From the NCBI GenBank assembly GCA_965601925.1, contig OZ271854.1, positions 3,392,001 to 3,456,000 on the forward strand: a stretch of 64,000 bases of DNA. The letters run 5' to 3'. This DNA is from Alkalispirochaeta sp. GTDB lineage: Bacteria > Spirochaetota > Spirochaetia > DSM-27196 > Alkalispirochaetaceae. Below the pieces are notes generated by a model that worked only from the letters and a program-made list of their open reading frames with translations, had not been told where the DNA came from and did no database searches. Positions 9,654-19,418 of the stretch are shown here, in pieces (position 1 is the first letter of the stretch; each line of letters begins with the position of its first letter). Both the position numbers and the translations under genes were made by a program.

Positions 9654-9833
9654 ATAGAGGGCGACGCCGAGAAAGGTGCGAAATACCGACTTCACGACGG
9701 GTAACGACGGGCACACGCGACGGCGCTTTTTTGCGCTCCGACGATTCCCGCTCTTCGGGCACGGCAAAACGGTGCATGACTTGTAGGACGTACGGGACCA
9801 TACTTTCATCCAACGGGAGGATAGTAGGTGTGT

Positions 9834-10703
9834 ATGCAATGGCACGAAAAGATGAACGCCGCGGTCGACTACATCGAGGCGAACCTGACCGGCCAAATCG
9901 ATATTCTGCGGGCTGCGGGAATCGCCCACTGCTCGGAGTACCACTTTAGGCGCATGTTCGCCTTTGTGGCGGGTGTGCCGGTATCGGCGTACATCCGCCG
10001 GCGACGGTTGACCCTCGCGGCGTTGGATCTACACGCGAGGCGCGGCAGCTTGGGCGATGTCGCGGCGAGATACGGCTACCGATCACCGGAATCGTTTGCG
10101 CGGGCTTTTTCGGCCGTGCACGGGGTCGGTCCTGCAACGGCGACCGACGGAACGGCCGCGTATATCACGTGGCCGCGCATAGCCTTTTATCTCACGATCA
10201 AAGGGGGAACGCACATGGACGTTCGATTAGAAAAGAGACCGGAGTTCACGATCGTCGGGTTCAAGTGGCGCGTACCGGTTCAGTTTGAAGGGGTCAACCC
10301 CGCGATGGAATCGGCGGTGAACAGCCTCTCCGACGACGATTGGGCGCTCCTCGAGCGGCTTGCGGACACCGGACCGGGCGTCGTGCAGGCGATAACGAAC
10401 TTCGACGAGGCCCGCGCCGATGGGCGCGGCGAGTGCGACTATTACATCGGCGCCGCGACGAGCAGACCTGCGGGCGACCATGCGACCCTGCCGGTTCCGG
10501 CCGTTACATGGGCGATCTTCCGCTCCGTCGGGCCCTTTCCGCAGGCCCTGCAGCGAACGTGGGGCCGCATTTACGCTGAGTGGTTGCCGTCGGTGGATTA
10601 CGAATTGGCGGACGGTCCGGAGCTCTTGCGAACGCTGGACGAGGATACCGCCAAACAGGACCTCGCGTGCGACATCTGGGTTCCCGTTCGGAGGCGAATA
10701 TGA
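9834..10703 (+). CDS. AraC family regulator with GyrI-like domain
   Basis: MNAAVDYIEANL, SEYHFRRMF, YGYRSPESFARAF, IYAEWLP. Confidence 0.9.
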   Translation: MQWHEKMNAAVDYIEANLTGQIDILRAAGIAHCSEYHFRRMFAFVAGVPVSAYIRRRRLTLAALDLHARRGSLGDVAARYGYRSPESFARAFSAVHGVGPATATDGTAAYITWPRIAFYLTIKGGTHMDVRLEKRPEFTIVGFKWRVPVQFEGVNPAMESAVNSLSDDDWALLERLADTGPGVVQAITNFDEARADGRGECDYYIGAATSRPAGDHATLPVPAVTWAIFRSVGPFPQALQRTWGRIYAEWLPSVDYELADGPELLRTLDEDTAKQDLACDIWVPVRRRI

Positions 10704-11050
10704 AGATCAATCACGTCAATCTCACCGTCGCCGATGCTCAAGGTTCGCGGCGCTTTTTCGAGCGCTACCTCGGGCTCGTGCCCATGGAGGGAACCTCCGA
10801 TACGAGTCGATTTGTGGGTCTTCGCGATAGCGGCGGGTTTGTTCTCTCGCTCATGCAGCCGAACGATGGGACGGCCGTCTCGTATCCCGATTCATTTCAC
10901 ATCGGATTTTTGGATGTCGGCATTGAACGGACGCGGGCTTTGTACCGACGTCTCAAAGACGACGAGTATGCGGTTAATCCTCCGGGTTTTTTTCGTGAGA
11001 ACGAGTTTTACTTTCACACGCCGTGGGGATTCACGGTACAGGTTTCGTAG
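10700..11050 (+). CDS. VOC/glyoxalase family protein
   Basis: MKINHVNLTV...FHIGF...FYFHTPWGF; ATGA overlap with AraC. Confidence 0.88.
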   Translation: MKINHVNLTVADAQGSRRFFERYLGLVPMEGTSDTSRFVGLRDSGGFVLSLMQPNDGTAVSYPDSFHIGFLDVGIERTRALYRRLKDDEYAVNPPGFFRENEFYFHTPWGFTVQVS

Positions 11051-11078
11051 GAACCCGATCTATCTTCGGCGCGTGCTC

Positions 11079-11285
11079 CTATGTACCCGTGACTCGGTGA
11101 CTTTCACAACGCTGAACGATGATCGTCTCTACCGCTACGATGAATGTCGATGCGCATACGCGACGACCGACGACCCTCACATGGGCCGCGGCGGCATCCC
11201 GCGCGTCGAACACTGCATGAATATGGGGCGTTAGGCCGCGCTCTTCGACCATGCGCAGGAGGCGTTCGATGACGACGGCGCCCAT
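11079..11285 (-). pseudogene. Possible remnant of a zinc-type/MDR dehydrogenase C-terminus
   Basis: LLRMVEERGLTPHIHAVFDARDAAAAH resembles the LxPxIxxxFxLxxAxxAH tail; no N-terminal part. Confidence 0.35.
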
Positions 11286-11315
11286 GGATGAATGACAGGT
11301 CCCGTCGGGAGTCGT

Positions 11316-12017
11316 TCAGATTCCGGTCTGGCTCCGCGATAGACGTTCTCGCCGTCGCCAATGTTCGAACAGCGCCGCGTGGGACGTCGGAATCGACGCC
11401 GTCGAAGGAGACCACTCCGATATGCGATCGGTCCGGAAATGGCGGAAGTCGGAGCGTAGTTCGCACCACGCCGCGACGAGTTGTGAGGTTTCGAAGTACC
11501 CAATCGCCACGGGCCATATCGTGCGATCACTCGGTGTTCCGGCGGCGTCCCGGTATCGAATGCGAACTTTCCGCTCCGACCGGATCGACCTCCGGACGTA
11601 TCGCAGAAGCGCGTCGTCGACCGCAGACCGCTCGGCGTGCCCGATTACAAGACCGGCATCGCGTGCCACCTCTTCGACGGTGCGTATGCCGGTCGCCGAA
11701 ATCTTGTCGAGAGCGCTTCGCGAAGCGGTACCGAGAGCCGTATCGCCGTACGCGGCCACCCAACGGAGACCGAGGGCGAGGGCATCGATCTCGTCGCGGG
11801 TGAACGCGAGGGGAGGGAGCGTGTATCCATCACGCAACATGTACCCGACTCCCGCCTCACCTTCGATCGGTATCCCTTGGCGCCGGAGGGACGCTATATC
11901 GCGATAGATGGTACGCACGCTGACTCGGAACTCTCTCGACAGTTCGTGGGCCGTCACGGCGAACTCCCGTCTGAGGAAGAGGCTATTGAGCTGAAAGAGC
12001 CGTTCCGATCTCGTCAC
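11316..12017 (-). CDS. YafY-like HTH-WYL transcriptional regulator
   Basis: VSVRTIYRDIASL, GEAGVGY, AWCELRSDFRHFRTDRI; GTG start at 12017. Confidence 0.9.
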   Translation of the reverse strand: MTRSERLFQLNSLFLRREFAVTAHELSREFRVSVRTIYRDIASLRRQGIPIEGEAGVGYMLRDGYTLPPLAFTRDEIDALALGLRWVAAYGDTALGTASRSALDKISATGIRTVEEVARDAGLVIGHAERSAVDDALLRYVRRSIRSERKVRIRYRDAAGTPSDRTIWPVAIGYFETSQLVAAWCELRSDFRHFRTDRISEWSPSTASIPTSHAALFEHWRRRERLSRSQTGI

Positions 12018-12252
12018 TACCCATTTCTCGCAGAGATGTAGTCGAGGAGTCGGTTCGAAGGTACAGCGCTCACCGCGTTGAGTCCACCGCAGGCGCGGAC
12101 TGCCCAACGTTCTGCGGGACACCGTCTCGACTCCTCGCCGCCGCCCTCATCGAATCGGATACGTCGCAACCTCGATACGTATTGATACACGGCGGTCGGG
12201 AGCGATACGGTGAGGGAGAGGTTACACTCGAGAAAGGAAGGAAACTTCCGCT

Positions 12253-12618
12253 ATGATGTACATAGGACACGTATCGAAGCTCACCGGCGCCACACCGAAG
12301 GCCATCCGCCTCTACGAACGTATGGGGCTCATACCAACACCGCATCGCAAAGGGCGGTATCGTGTGTACACCGACCGCGACGTTCAATTGATCACGGTTA
12401 TCAAGAGGGCTCAAAGTTTCGGATTCCGGCTCGCGGAGATGAAGGAGTTGGTTCGCGGGCTCTCCTCGTGCGACGACTTTCCGTGGGAGCGAGCCGCCGT
12501 CTTGTTCACGCGCAAAATACGAACCGTCGATGCGCAGATCGCCCGACTGCAGACCCTCCATGACGAGCTGCGGAGCTTTGTGACGTTGCTCGAGGCGAAG
12601 CGGTGTAGCGACTCGTAA
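12253..12618 (+). CDS. MerR family regulator
   Basis: IGHVSKLTGATPKAIRLYERMGLI...YRVY...GFRLAEM. Confidence 0.9.
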   Translation: MMYIGHVSKLTGATPKAIRLYERMGLIPTPHRKGRYRVYTDRDVQLITVIKRAQSFGFRLAEMKELVRGLSSCDDFPWERAAVLFTRKIRTVDAQIARLQTLHDELRSFVTLLEAKRCSDS

Positions 12619-12625
12619 AAACTCC

Positions 12626-12657
12626 TTGACTCTGCCCTTAGGGACAGACGGTACGTT
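12626..12657 (+). promoter_or_regulatory. MerR-type long-spacer promoter
   Basis: TTGACT-N20-TACGTT with imperfect dyad TCTGCCCTTAGGGACAGA in the spacer. Confidence 0.65.
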
Positions 12658-12689
12658 CCGCTCAGAAGACATACCGTAGGAGGGAGAAG

Positions 12690-13313
12690 ATGGTCAAAAC
12701 AGTGATTATCAACGGCAATCCGAAGAGCAACAGCTTCTGCAAAGCCGTAGCGAATTCGTATGCGGACGGTGCCGCGGGCGCCGGCGCCGATGTCGAGATC
12801 ATGCACATCGGCGACATGAAGTTCGATCCGAACTTAAAAGAGGGATACGATGAGATCCCGCCGTTGGAGGCGGATCTCAAGAGGGCGGATGAGGCGATCG
12901 GAGATGCCGACCATATCGTCATCATTTCGCCGACGTGGTGGGGTACCGTCCCTGCGAAGTTAAAGGGACTGTTCGATCGCATTCTCCTTCCCGGAGTTGC
13001 GTTTGCATTCGATTCCGGCACGCCCTTTCCGCGAAGACTGCTCGCCGGAAAAACGGCTCGCATAATCGTTACGACCGACGCTCCCGTTTGGTATCATCGG
13101 TTTGTGTCGGGCGATCCGGTGGTGAAAACGGTAAAAGGGCTTACCCTCGAGTTTTGCGGCGTCGCGGTTACCGGTGTTTCGCGGTTCGGTCCGATCAAAA
13201 GATCTACGGATTCCCTCCGTGCAACGTGGCTACGCGCGGTGCGCGACACAGGCGCTCGTGACGCTGCACGCTTGCGAGCAAAACGACGGGGATCTCGACG
13301 CCGCGCGGCGTGA
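12690..13313 (+). CDS. Flavodoxin-like NAD(P)H-dependent (quinone) oxidoreductase
   Basis: INGNPKSNSF, PTWWGTVPAKLKGLFDR. Confidence 0.9.
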   Translation: MVKTVIINGNPKSNSFCKAVANSYADGAAGAGADVEIMHIGDMKFDPNLKEGYDEIPPLEADLKRADEAIGDADHIVIISPTWWGTVPAKLKGLFDRILLPGVAFAFDSGTPFPRRLLAGKTARIIVTTDAPVWYHRFVSGDPVVKTVKGLTLEFCGVAVTGVSRFGPIKRSTDSLRATWLRAVRDTGARDAARLRAKRRGSRRRAA

Positions 13314-13403
13314 TCTCGTATCGCACGGGAATCGAAAAGGGACCGCATTCGGTGGAAGTTCGCGTACACGGCACGACCGTACCGTGTGGGCCGGCCGTCG
13401 CCT

Positions 13404-15572
13404 CTACACTGTCTTGAACCGCGAGACTTCGTTATTAAGCGATGCCGCGGCGTCGCGGAGGCGGCGGCTCTCCGTTGCGAGTAGTTGCATCGATGAGCGT
13501 ATGCCCTCGGAGTTGGAGACGATCTCTCCGACGCCCCTTGTGACGACCGCCGACACGTCGCGTAGAACGGTCTGGGTTTTCAGCATGAGGTCCGTACCGG
13601 TCCGAATCTCCTCCGACCCCGCCTTGACGCTCGCCGTTACGTCGTTCAACTCGCCTACCGCGTTGGTGATCTCGCCGCCGCCGCTGCTCAACTCTCTGGT
13701 CGTCCCGTTAATTTCGGTAAAGGCGTCGAGTGCGCCGCGTACCTCACCGACGATGAGATCGAAGTCTTTCGCCGTCTGACGCTGATTCTTGCTCGTATCT
13801 TCAACCGAGGAGATAATCGCCTGCAGCGTCTCGGTGATCTGTTTTGAGCTTCGCCCCGCCTCGTCGGCGAGTTTGCGAATCTCCGCGGCGACGACGGCAA
13901 ATCCGCGTCCCGCGTCGCCGGCGTGCGCCGCCTCGATGGCCGCATTCATGCTCAGTAGATTCGTCTGAGCTGCGATGTTTTCAATGGATTTCGTCATGTC
14001 GCGTATCTGATCGATGCGCGCTACGACACCGTCGTAGAAGTTGCGGTTGGTCGCTTCGAATTGCGACTTGCCGCGCATTACCACGTCGGTAAGCTGTTCT
14101 ACGCTCTTCGTTTTGCGTTCGGTTATGGCCGCTACATTGTCGATCGAACTCATTATCTCGGTGATTGCGGCGCCGGTCTGTTCGACCATCGTCGCCTGGC
14201 TACTCATCTGATCGATCATTCCTCGGATGTTGTGCGTAATCTCCTCTACGGAGGTCACCGAGGTCCCGACCGCCGACTCGAGCCGATCCATTTGCTCCTC
14301 GATGGAGGCGATGTTCGTGACGATCTCGTTCATCGAGGTGTTCGTCTCATCGATGGATGATGTGAGCTCATCGGAGGCTCGTTGTTCCATCTCCGACGCG
14401 TTTTTGATATTGACCACCAATGCACAGATCTTCCCGACGAAGGTATTAAAGTTATCGGCGAGGCGTCGGATGTCGTCTTTGGTATCGACCGCCAGATGTA
14501 CCGTGAGATCTCCGTCTCCTTCGGCGAGATCGCCCAAGCTTCGAGACACGAAGTTGAGAGGAGTAAGAATAGTACGCGCCGATATCAGGAATGCCGCGCC
14601 CAGTATGATGAGAAAGATACCCCCCGTGACGAGCAGAGGCGTGACGACGGCTGAAAAGGTCTCCTGCACGATGATTTGCTTATCCGCGACGAGAAGCACG
14701 CCCCACTCGGATACGCTGGGCACGCGCCCCGTGCGAATCATCACCGTGCCGGCTCCGTCGGTAAGATCACCCTCAAAGTAAAACGACGACTCCGAGGAGA
14801 TCTCCGCGCGTAACGCCGCCGCTTCGGTGGCGTCGTAGCCGAAATCGGCAACCACGCGTTCCAGAGGAGTTCCCCACGCCGCGCGGTCCTCACTCCATAT
14901 GAGATCGGATCCGCGGTCGGAGAAGATCGAAAAGGAGGCGCCGTACTCCCGTCGCGTCTGTTCGTGGATGCGTTCGATCCAGGCAAAGCCCGTATCGAGG
15001 GCCGCAACTCCCAACAGCCGCCCATCGCGCGTTATCGGATGGGCGAGGCTAATCACCAACTCCTCGGCGGCGTCGCCCTCGGCGGTAAGATACGGATCGG
15101 TGATGAGAAGTCGGCCGGTACGCGCCGTCTCGACGTACCACGGACGTGTGCGGGCGTCGAAATCCGCCGGAAGGTCGAGCCACAGATTGGCAAACACCGA
15201 CGCGTCGGCCTCCGAGCCCACATACAGAAGGTTTATCCCGTCGCTGGAACCGAGGTTTTGCATGATCGTACGCTGGACCGCCCACTCCGCCGAGTTATAG
15301 TCCGACTCGGTTTCGATTTCCGGCAGGCGCCGCGTCACCTCGGCGATCGGATCGAGTAACGCCAGGTTCCCGAGTAGTTGGGATCGCTCTCGGAGCGTCG
15401 CATCGATCCGGTGTACCACTTGTTCGGTGATTAAACCGAGTCGCTCCTGCTCCGAACGAAATACCCGATTGTAGTTGAGCACTCCCAAGGCGACGGTAAT
15501 CGCCGCGAAAATGATCAAGGGGACAATGAGGTTAAATATGAGGAGCTTGAACAGGGTTGGGCGATAGCGCAT
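13404..15572 (-). CDS. Methyl-accepting chemotaxis protein, dCache-type sensor
   Basis: Two TMs, FDARTRPWY/TDPY Cache motifs, [31 protein letters not shown]. Confidence 0.95.
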   Translation of the reverse strand: MRYRPTLFKLLIFNLIVPLIIFAAITVALGVLNYNRVFRSEQERLGLITEQVVHRIDATLRERSQLLGNLALLDPIAEVTRRLPEIETESDYNSAEWAVQRTIMQNLGSSDGINLLYVGSEADASVFANLWLDLPADFDARTRPWYVETARTGRLLITDPYLTAEGDAAEELVISLAHPITRDGRLLGVAALDTGFAWIERIHEQTRREYGASFSIFSDRGSDLIWSEDRAAWGTPLERVVADFGYDATEAAALRAEISSESSFYFEGDLTDGAGTVMIRTGRVPSVSEWGVLLVADKQIIVQETFSAVVTPLLVTGGIFLIILGAAFLISARTILTPLNFVSRSLGDLAEGDGDLTVHLAVDTKDDIRRLADNFNTFVGKICALVVNIKNASEMEQRASDELTSSIDETNTSMNEIVTNIASIEEQMDRLESAVGTSVTSVEEITHNIRGMIDQMSSQATMVEQTGAAITEIMSSIDNVAAITERKTKSVEQLTDVVMRGKSQFEATNRNFYDGVVARIDQIRDMTKSIENIAAQTNLLSMNAAIEAAHAGDAGRGFAVVAAEIRKLADEAGRSSKQITETLQAIISSVEDTSKNQRQTAKDFDLIVGEVRGALDAFTEINGTTRELSSGGGEITNAVGELNDVTASVKAGSEEIRTGTDLMLKTQTVLRDVSAVVTRGVGEIVSNSEGIRSSMQLLATESRRLRDAAASLNNEVSRFKTV

Positions 15573-15768
15573 AGCATTTCTCCGCCTACAGTCGAGCTTA
15601 TGAACGTTTCACCAGTATATATAGTTTACATCGTGTATTTAGCCAATAGTGTTTAAACTATACCTCCCGGAAGCTGGTGGGACGCCGCAGGGCACTCGAT
15701 CCCCGATCGGTCGACGATTCCGGCTCGAGGGCGGGGCGCGGAAAAAGCGTTCAATGTCGTGTTCGATT

Positions 15769-15782
15769 TTGTACCGTTTCCA
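15769..15782. promoter_or_regulatory. Possible second LacI operator (minus strand TGGAAACGGTACAA)
   Basis: Shares TGGAAACG with the operator at 16949; lies between divergent MCP and LacI genes. Confidence 0.45.
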
Positions 15783-15926
15783 GTTGTTCCATCGATTCGA
15801 CGTGCGGTGTGTGTGATCTTCTTTCACGCCGGCGACACGACGGAGCTGCGAGCACCTCCGAACGCGGCGGACGCCTGCTGATGATCGCTTGTGTCGGAAG
15901 CGAAAATACGTTACAGATATTGGAGC

Positions 15927-16913
15927 ATGGCTGAAACAACGCATACTCGACCTACCATTCGCGATGTAGCGGCCGCCGCCGCAGTATCGGTGGGTACGGT
16001 GAGCCGGGTTCTGAATCGCCATCCGAATGTACACGAACGGACGCGCAGCCGCGTGCTTGAGGCCATGCGCGCGATGGGCTACGAGCCGGTATTCGCCGCC
16101 CAGGAGCTCGGCCGCGGCGCACGTCCGAGAATCGGCCTGTCGACCTCTGCAGGAACTCGACGTCTCGTTCCCTTTTTTCAAGTCTTTCGGGAACATTTGA
16201 CCCGGTCGATAGCCAACGACGGACTCTGGTTCACCGAGATATCGACGGGTCAGGACGGTTTACCGGAGTTTCTCGCCGACGGGATGGTGTTGTTCGGCAG
16301 CCACGATGACGATGCGCGGGTATTGTACCTGAAGGAGCGTGACGTGCCGTTTGTGCTGCTCGGCGCTCATCCCGACTGCTTTTCGGTCTCTTCCGACGAC
16401 TTTAGCGGCGGAGTATTGGCCGCGGAGCACCTTTTGCGACTGGATCACCGCGACATTCTGGTGTTATCCGGCGAACTGTCGGGTCAAGCTTCCCGCGATC
16501 GACTGGACGGTGCGCTCCATGTATTCGAGAAGCACGGAGTGGAGCTCCCCCGCGACAGCATCATCGATACGGAGATGACGTCGCTGGAGGGGTATCGCGC
16601 GACCCTTCGCGCTCTGGACGACGGATCCACGTGTACGGCGATTCTCGCCGCCGCCGATGAGCTGGCGGTCGGCGCCCGCACCGCATGCCTCGATAGGGGG
16701 CTGCGCGTTCCCAGAGATATGTCGATCGTCGGCTTCGACGATCTTCCGGAGATCGGGGAAGAGCTCACTACCATACATCAAGATTTTCAGGCGTTGGCCG
16801 ACACCGTCATTCGTCTGCTGCGTCGCGCAATCGAGGGAGAGCAGCCGGAACAGATCCGCGTCCCGGTGCGGTTAGTAACCCGCGGTTCAACGAGTCGTCG
16901 ATATTCCGCTTGA
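15927..16913 (+). CDS. LacI family regulator
   Basis: TIRDVAAAAAVSVGTVSRVLN; RVPRDMSIVGFDD. Confidence 0.95.
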   Translation: MAETTHTRPTIRDVAAAAAVSVGTVSRVLNRHPNVHERTRSRVLEAMRAMGYEPVFAAQELGRGARPRIGLSTSAGTRRLVPFFQVFREHLTRSIANDGLWFTEISTGQDGLPEFLADGMVLFGSHDDDARVLYLKERDVPFVLLGAHPDCFSVSSDDFSGGVLAAEHLLRLDHRDILVLSGELSGQASRDRLDGALHVFEKHGVELPRDSIIDTEMTSLEGYRATLRALDDGSTCTAILAAADELAVGARTACLDRGLRVPRDMSIVGFDDLPEIGEELTTIHQDFQALADTVIRLLRRAIEGEQPEQIRVPVRLVTRGSTSRRYSA

Positions 16914-16964
16914 CGTGCCCTTCAGAGGCGGTATAATCCAATGAGGAATTGGAAACGATTCCAA
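16910..16964 (+). promoter_or_regulatory. Sigma70 promoter and LacI operator of the sugar ABC operon
   Basis: TTGACG-N16-TATAAT; operator TTGGAAACGATTCCAA at 16949-16964. Confidence 0.8.
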
Positions 16965-16982
16965 AAGTTCAAGGAGGGCTGT

Positions 16983-18254
16983 ATGAAGATTTTTCGCCTC
17001 GTGTGCACGGTGGTTATGGCATGCGCATTGCTCGCCTCGGCGTTCGCCGGAGGAGCGTCCGAAAGCCCGGCGTCCGGGGATGACACCGTTACGGTGCGTA
17101 TCATGGGGTACGGCGGACCGGATCCCGCAATTGTGGTACGTCTTTTGGACGAAGTGATCGGCGCGGAGTTGGCGGCGGAGGGAATTGAACTGGTATACGA
17201 GCCCTTCGAAGGTGACTACAACGCACAGCTCTTCAATGCACTATCGGCGGGTACCGCAGGCGATATCGTCTACATTCCCGGCGAGACCGCCCCGGGCATT
17301 ATCGCGACGGGGCAGATACTCCCCATAGACGAGTACATCGATGCCGAACCCTATCTCGACTCGTTGATTGATATCTTCGTCGTCGACGGATCGCTGTACG
17401 GAATCCCAAAGGATTTCAACACGCTCGCGTTGCATTACAACCGCGATCTCTTTGATGAGGCGGGCGTCGCCTATCCCGACGAGACCGACACGTGGGACAC
17501 GCTGCGGGACAAACTGGCCGCCGTATCCGCCCTTGGACCCGATACATACGGTATCAGCATGCCGACCTTGTACGAGCGCTTCGGCTTTCTGCCGTTCTCA
17601 AACGGATGGTTGCAGTTCGATGCCGCCGGTGATTCGGACTTTCTCGATCCGCGCTTCGTCGATGCGATGGAATACCTGGTAGGATTGTATGACGACGGTA
17701 TCGCCGTACTACCGCAGGATCTCGGTCAGGGATGGAGCGGCGGTGCCTTGGCGACCGAGCGCGTCGGGGTCGCCGTGGAGGGTGCGTGGATACTCGGCTT
17801 TTTACGCGATCAAGCGCCCAATCTCTCGTTCGGTAGCGCGCCTCTCCCCCTCTCGCGAAGCGGAACGCGCGGAAACTTCGTCTACACCGTTGCATACGGT
17901 ATCAACGCCGCAACCGAGCACGTAGAAGAGGCCGTCGCCGTATTGAGGGCGCTGACCGGTATCGAGGCGCAGCAGTTTATTCTCGAGGAGGGATTGGCAA
18001 TCCCGAGCCGCGAGGCGCTGATTGATAACCCCTATTTTGATCGCGAGACGCCGGCGGCGCGGGCGAATCGCATCGTGTTCGAAGGAGCATCGGACGACCA
18101 CGTGCAGGGGTACCACTTCGGCGCGGTCGGTACCGACTGGTTTCAGCCGATCAACGCGGCGATTACCGCGGTCGTCACCGGGCAGGGTACGCTTTCCGAG
18201 GAGCTTCAGCGGGCACAAATCGATACCGAAGCGCTTATTGAGCGCAGCCGCTGA
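16983..18254 (+). CDS. Sugar ABC transporter substrate-binding protein
   Basis: Signal ending AFAGGASE; DGSLYGIPKDFNTLALHYNRDLFDEAG; AAGGAGG RBS. Confidence 0.92.
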   Translation: MKIFRLVCTVVMACALLASAFAGGASESPASGDDTVTVRIMGYGGPDPAIVVRLLDEVIGAELAAEGIELVYEPFEGDYNAQLFNALSAGTAGDIVYIPGETAPGIIATGQILPIDEYIDAEPYLDSLIDIFVVDGSLYGIPKDFNTLALHYNRDLFDEAGVAYPDETDTWDTLRDKLAAVSALGPDTYGISMPTLYERFGFLPFSNGWLQFDAAGDSDFLDPRFVDAMEYLVGLYDDGIAVLPQDLGQGWSGGALATERVGVAVEGAWILGFLRDQAPNLSFGSAPLPLSRSGTRGNFVYTVAYGINAATEHVEEAVAVLRALTGIEAQQFILEEGLAIPSREALIDNPYFDRETPAARANRIVFEGASDDHVQGYHFGAVGTDWFQPINAAITAVVTGQGTLSEELQRAQIDTEALIERSR

Positions 18255-18332
18255 CGAGCGAGCGGTTCTACGGTAATCACGCTCGACGGAAGACGATACG
18301 GTCGCGTCGAGCGGAATGGGGTGGGAAATACG

Positions 18333-19418
18333 ATGTCAAAACGATCAACTCTGGCGGCGTTCCTGTTTTTGCTCCCATTTCTTCTGGTGCTTTCGGTATT
18401 TTTTCTGTACGCTGCGGCGCGCGCGATCTGGTTCAGTTTCACCGATTTCAATCTCTTCAATGAGGCGTCGTGGGTCGGGCTACAGAACTATCTCGCACTC
18501 TTTCGAGAGCAGAACTTTCTCCGTGCCTTGCACAATTCGCTCGCGTTCGCCGCGGTCGTGACGACCGCACAAACTGTCGGAGCGTTACTCGCGGCGGCGG
18601 CGCTCAATAACAAGATCCGCGGGGTCCACGCCTTTCGCGCCGCCTTCTACATCCCGAGCACGGCGAGCTCGGTCGTTACGACCATCGTGTTTTTGTGGCT
18701 CTTTCAACGACGAGGCCTGATCAACCATCTGGCTACGCAGATTTCGGCGCGCGGGCCGTCGATTCTTACCTTTCTTGTGCTTGTCGTCGCTATTCAGACG
18801 GCCCAGGTCGCCGTAGCGCGTGTGCGCCGTCGTCCGGCCCACGCGGCGGAGCCCGCGTTTTTGCTGGGTGCGATCATATTGGCCGCCGCAATCACCTCCG
18901 GCGCTCGTATGTTGGGTGTGATCGAGATACGCGCCGTGGAACCGGTTGGATTCATTTGGTTGCAAACACGCCAGCGCATTCTCGGTGTTCCGATTCCTCT
19001 GATCGCGATCATGATCCAGAATACGTTCACGACGATCCCGACGTTCATGCTGTTGTATCTGGCGGCGCTTCAGGACGTCTCGCCCTCGCTATACGAGGCC
19101 GCGGATCTGGACGGAGCGGGGTGGTGGCAACGGTTTGTCGCGATCACGTTGCCCTCTGTTCGACCGATCACGTTCCTGGTGGTGACGCTCGGGTTGATCG
19201 GCACGCTTCAAATGTTCGACCAGGTGGCCGTCTTCGGCGATGCGGTTCCCCTGGAATCGGTCATTACCCTTTCGTACTTCGTATACGATCGCATGTTTCC
19301 CGGTGCGCAACTGCCCGAGGTAGGGCTTGCCAGCGCCGCGGCGCTTTTTTTGGCGCTGTTGACTCTCGTTATCGTTGCGATCCAGCGCGTGTGTATCGCC
19401 TCGGAGGTGGAGCGATGA
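18333..19418 (+). CDS. Sugar ABC permease (MalF-like)
   Basis: VGLQNY; LYEAADLDGAGWWQRF EAA motif. Confidence 0.92.
   Translation: MSKRSTLAAFLFLLPFLLVLSVFFLYAAARAIWFSFTDFNLFNEASWVGLQNYLALFREQNFLRALHNSLAFAAVVTTAQTVGALLAAAALNNKIRGVHAFRAAFYIPSTASSVVTTIVFLWLFQRRGLINHLATQISARGPSILTFLVLVVAIQTAQVAVARVRRRPAHAAEPAFLLGAIILAAAITSGARMLGVIEIRAVEPVGFIWLQTRQRILGVPIPLIAIMIQNTFTTIPTFMLLYLAALQDVSPSLYEAADLDGAGWWQRFVAITLPSVRPITFLVVTLGLIGTLQMFDQVAVFGDAVPLESVITLSYFVYDRMFPGAQLPEVGLASAAALFLALLTLVIVAIQRVCIASEVER

Noticed and set aside
18695..19414. N-terminal extension of the 713 aa permease ORF
   Set aside because: It overlaps the upstream permease in another frame; the coupled ATG at 19415 has a GGAGG RBS.
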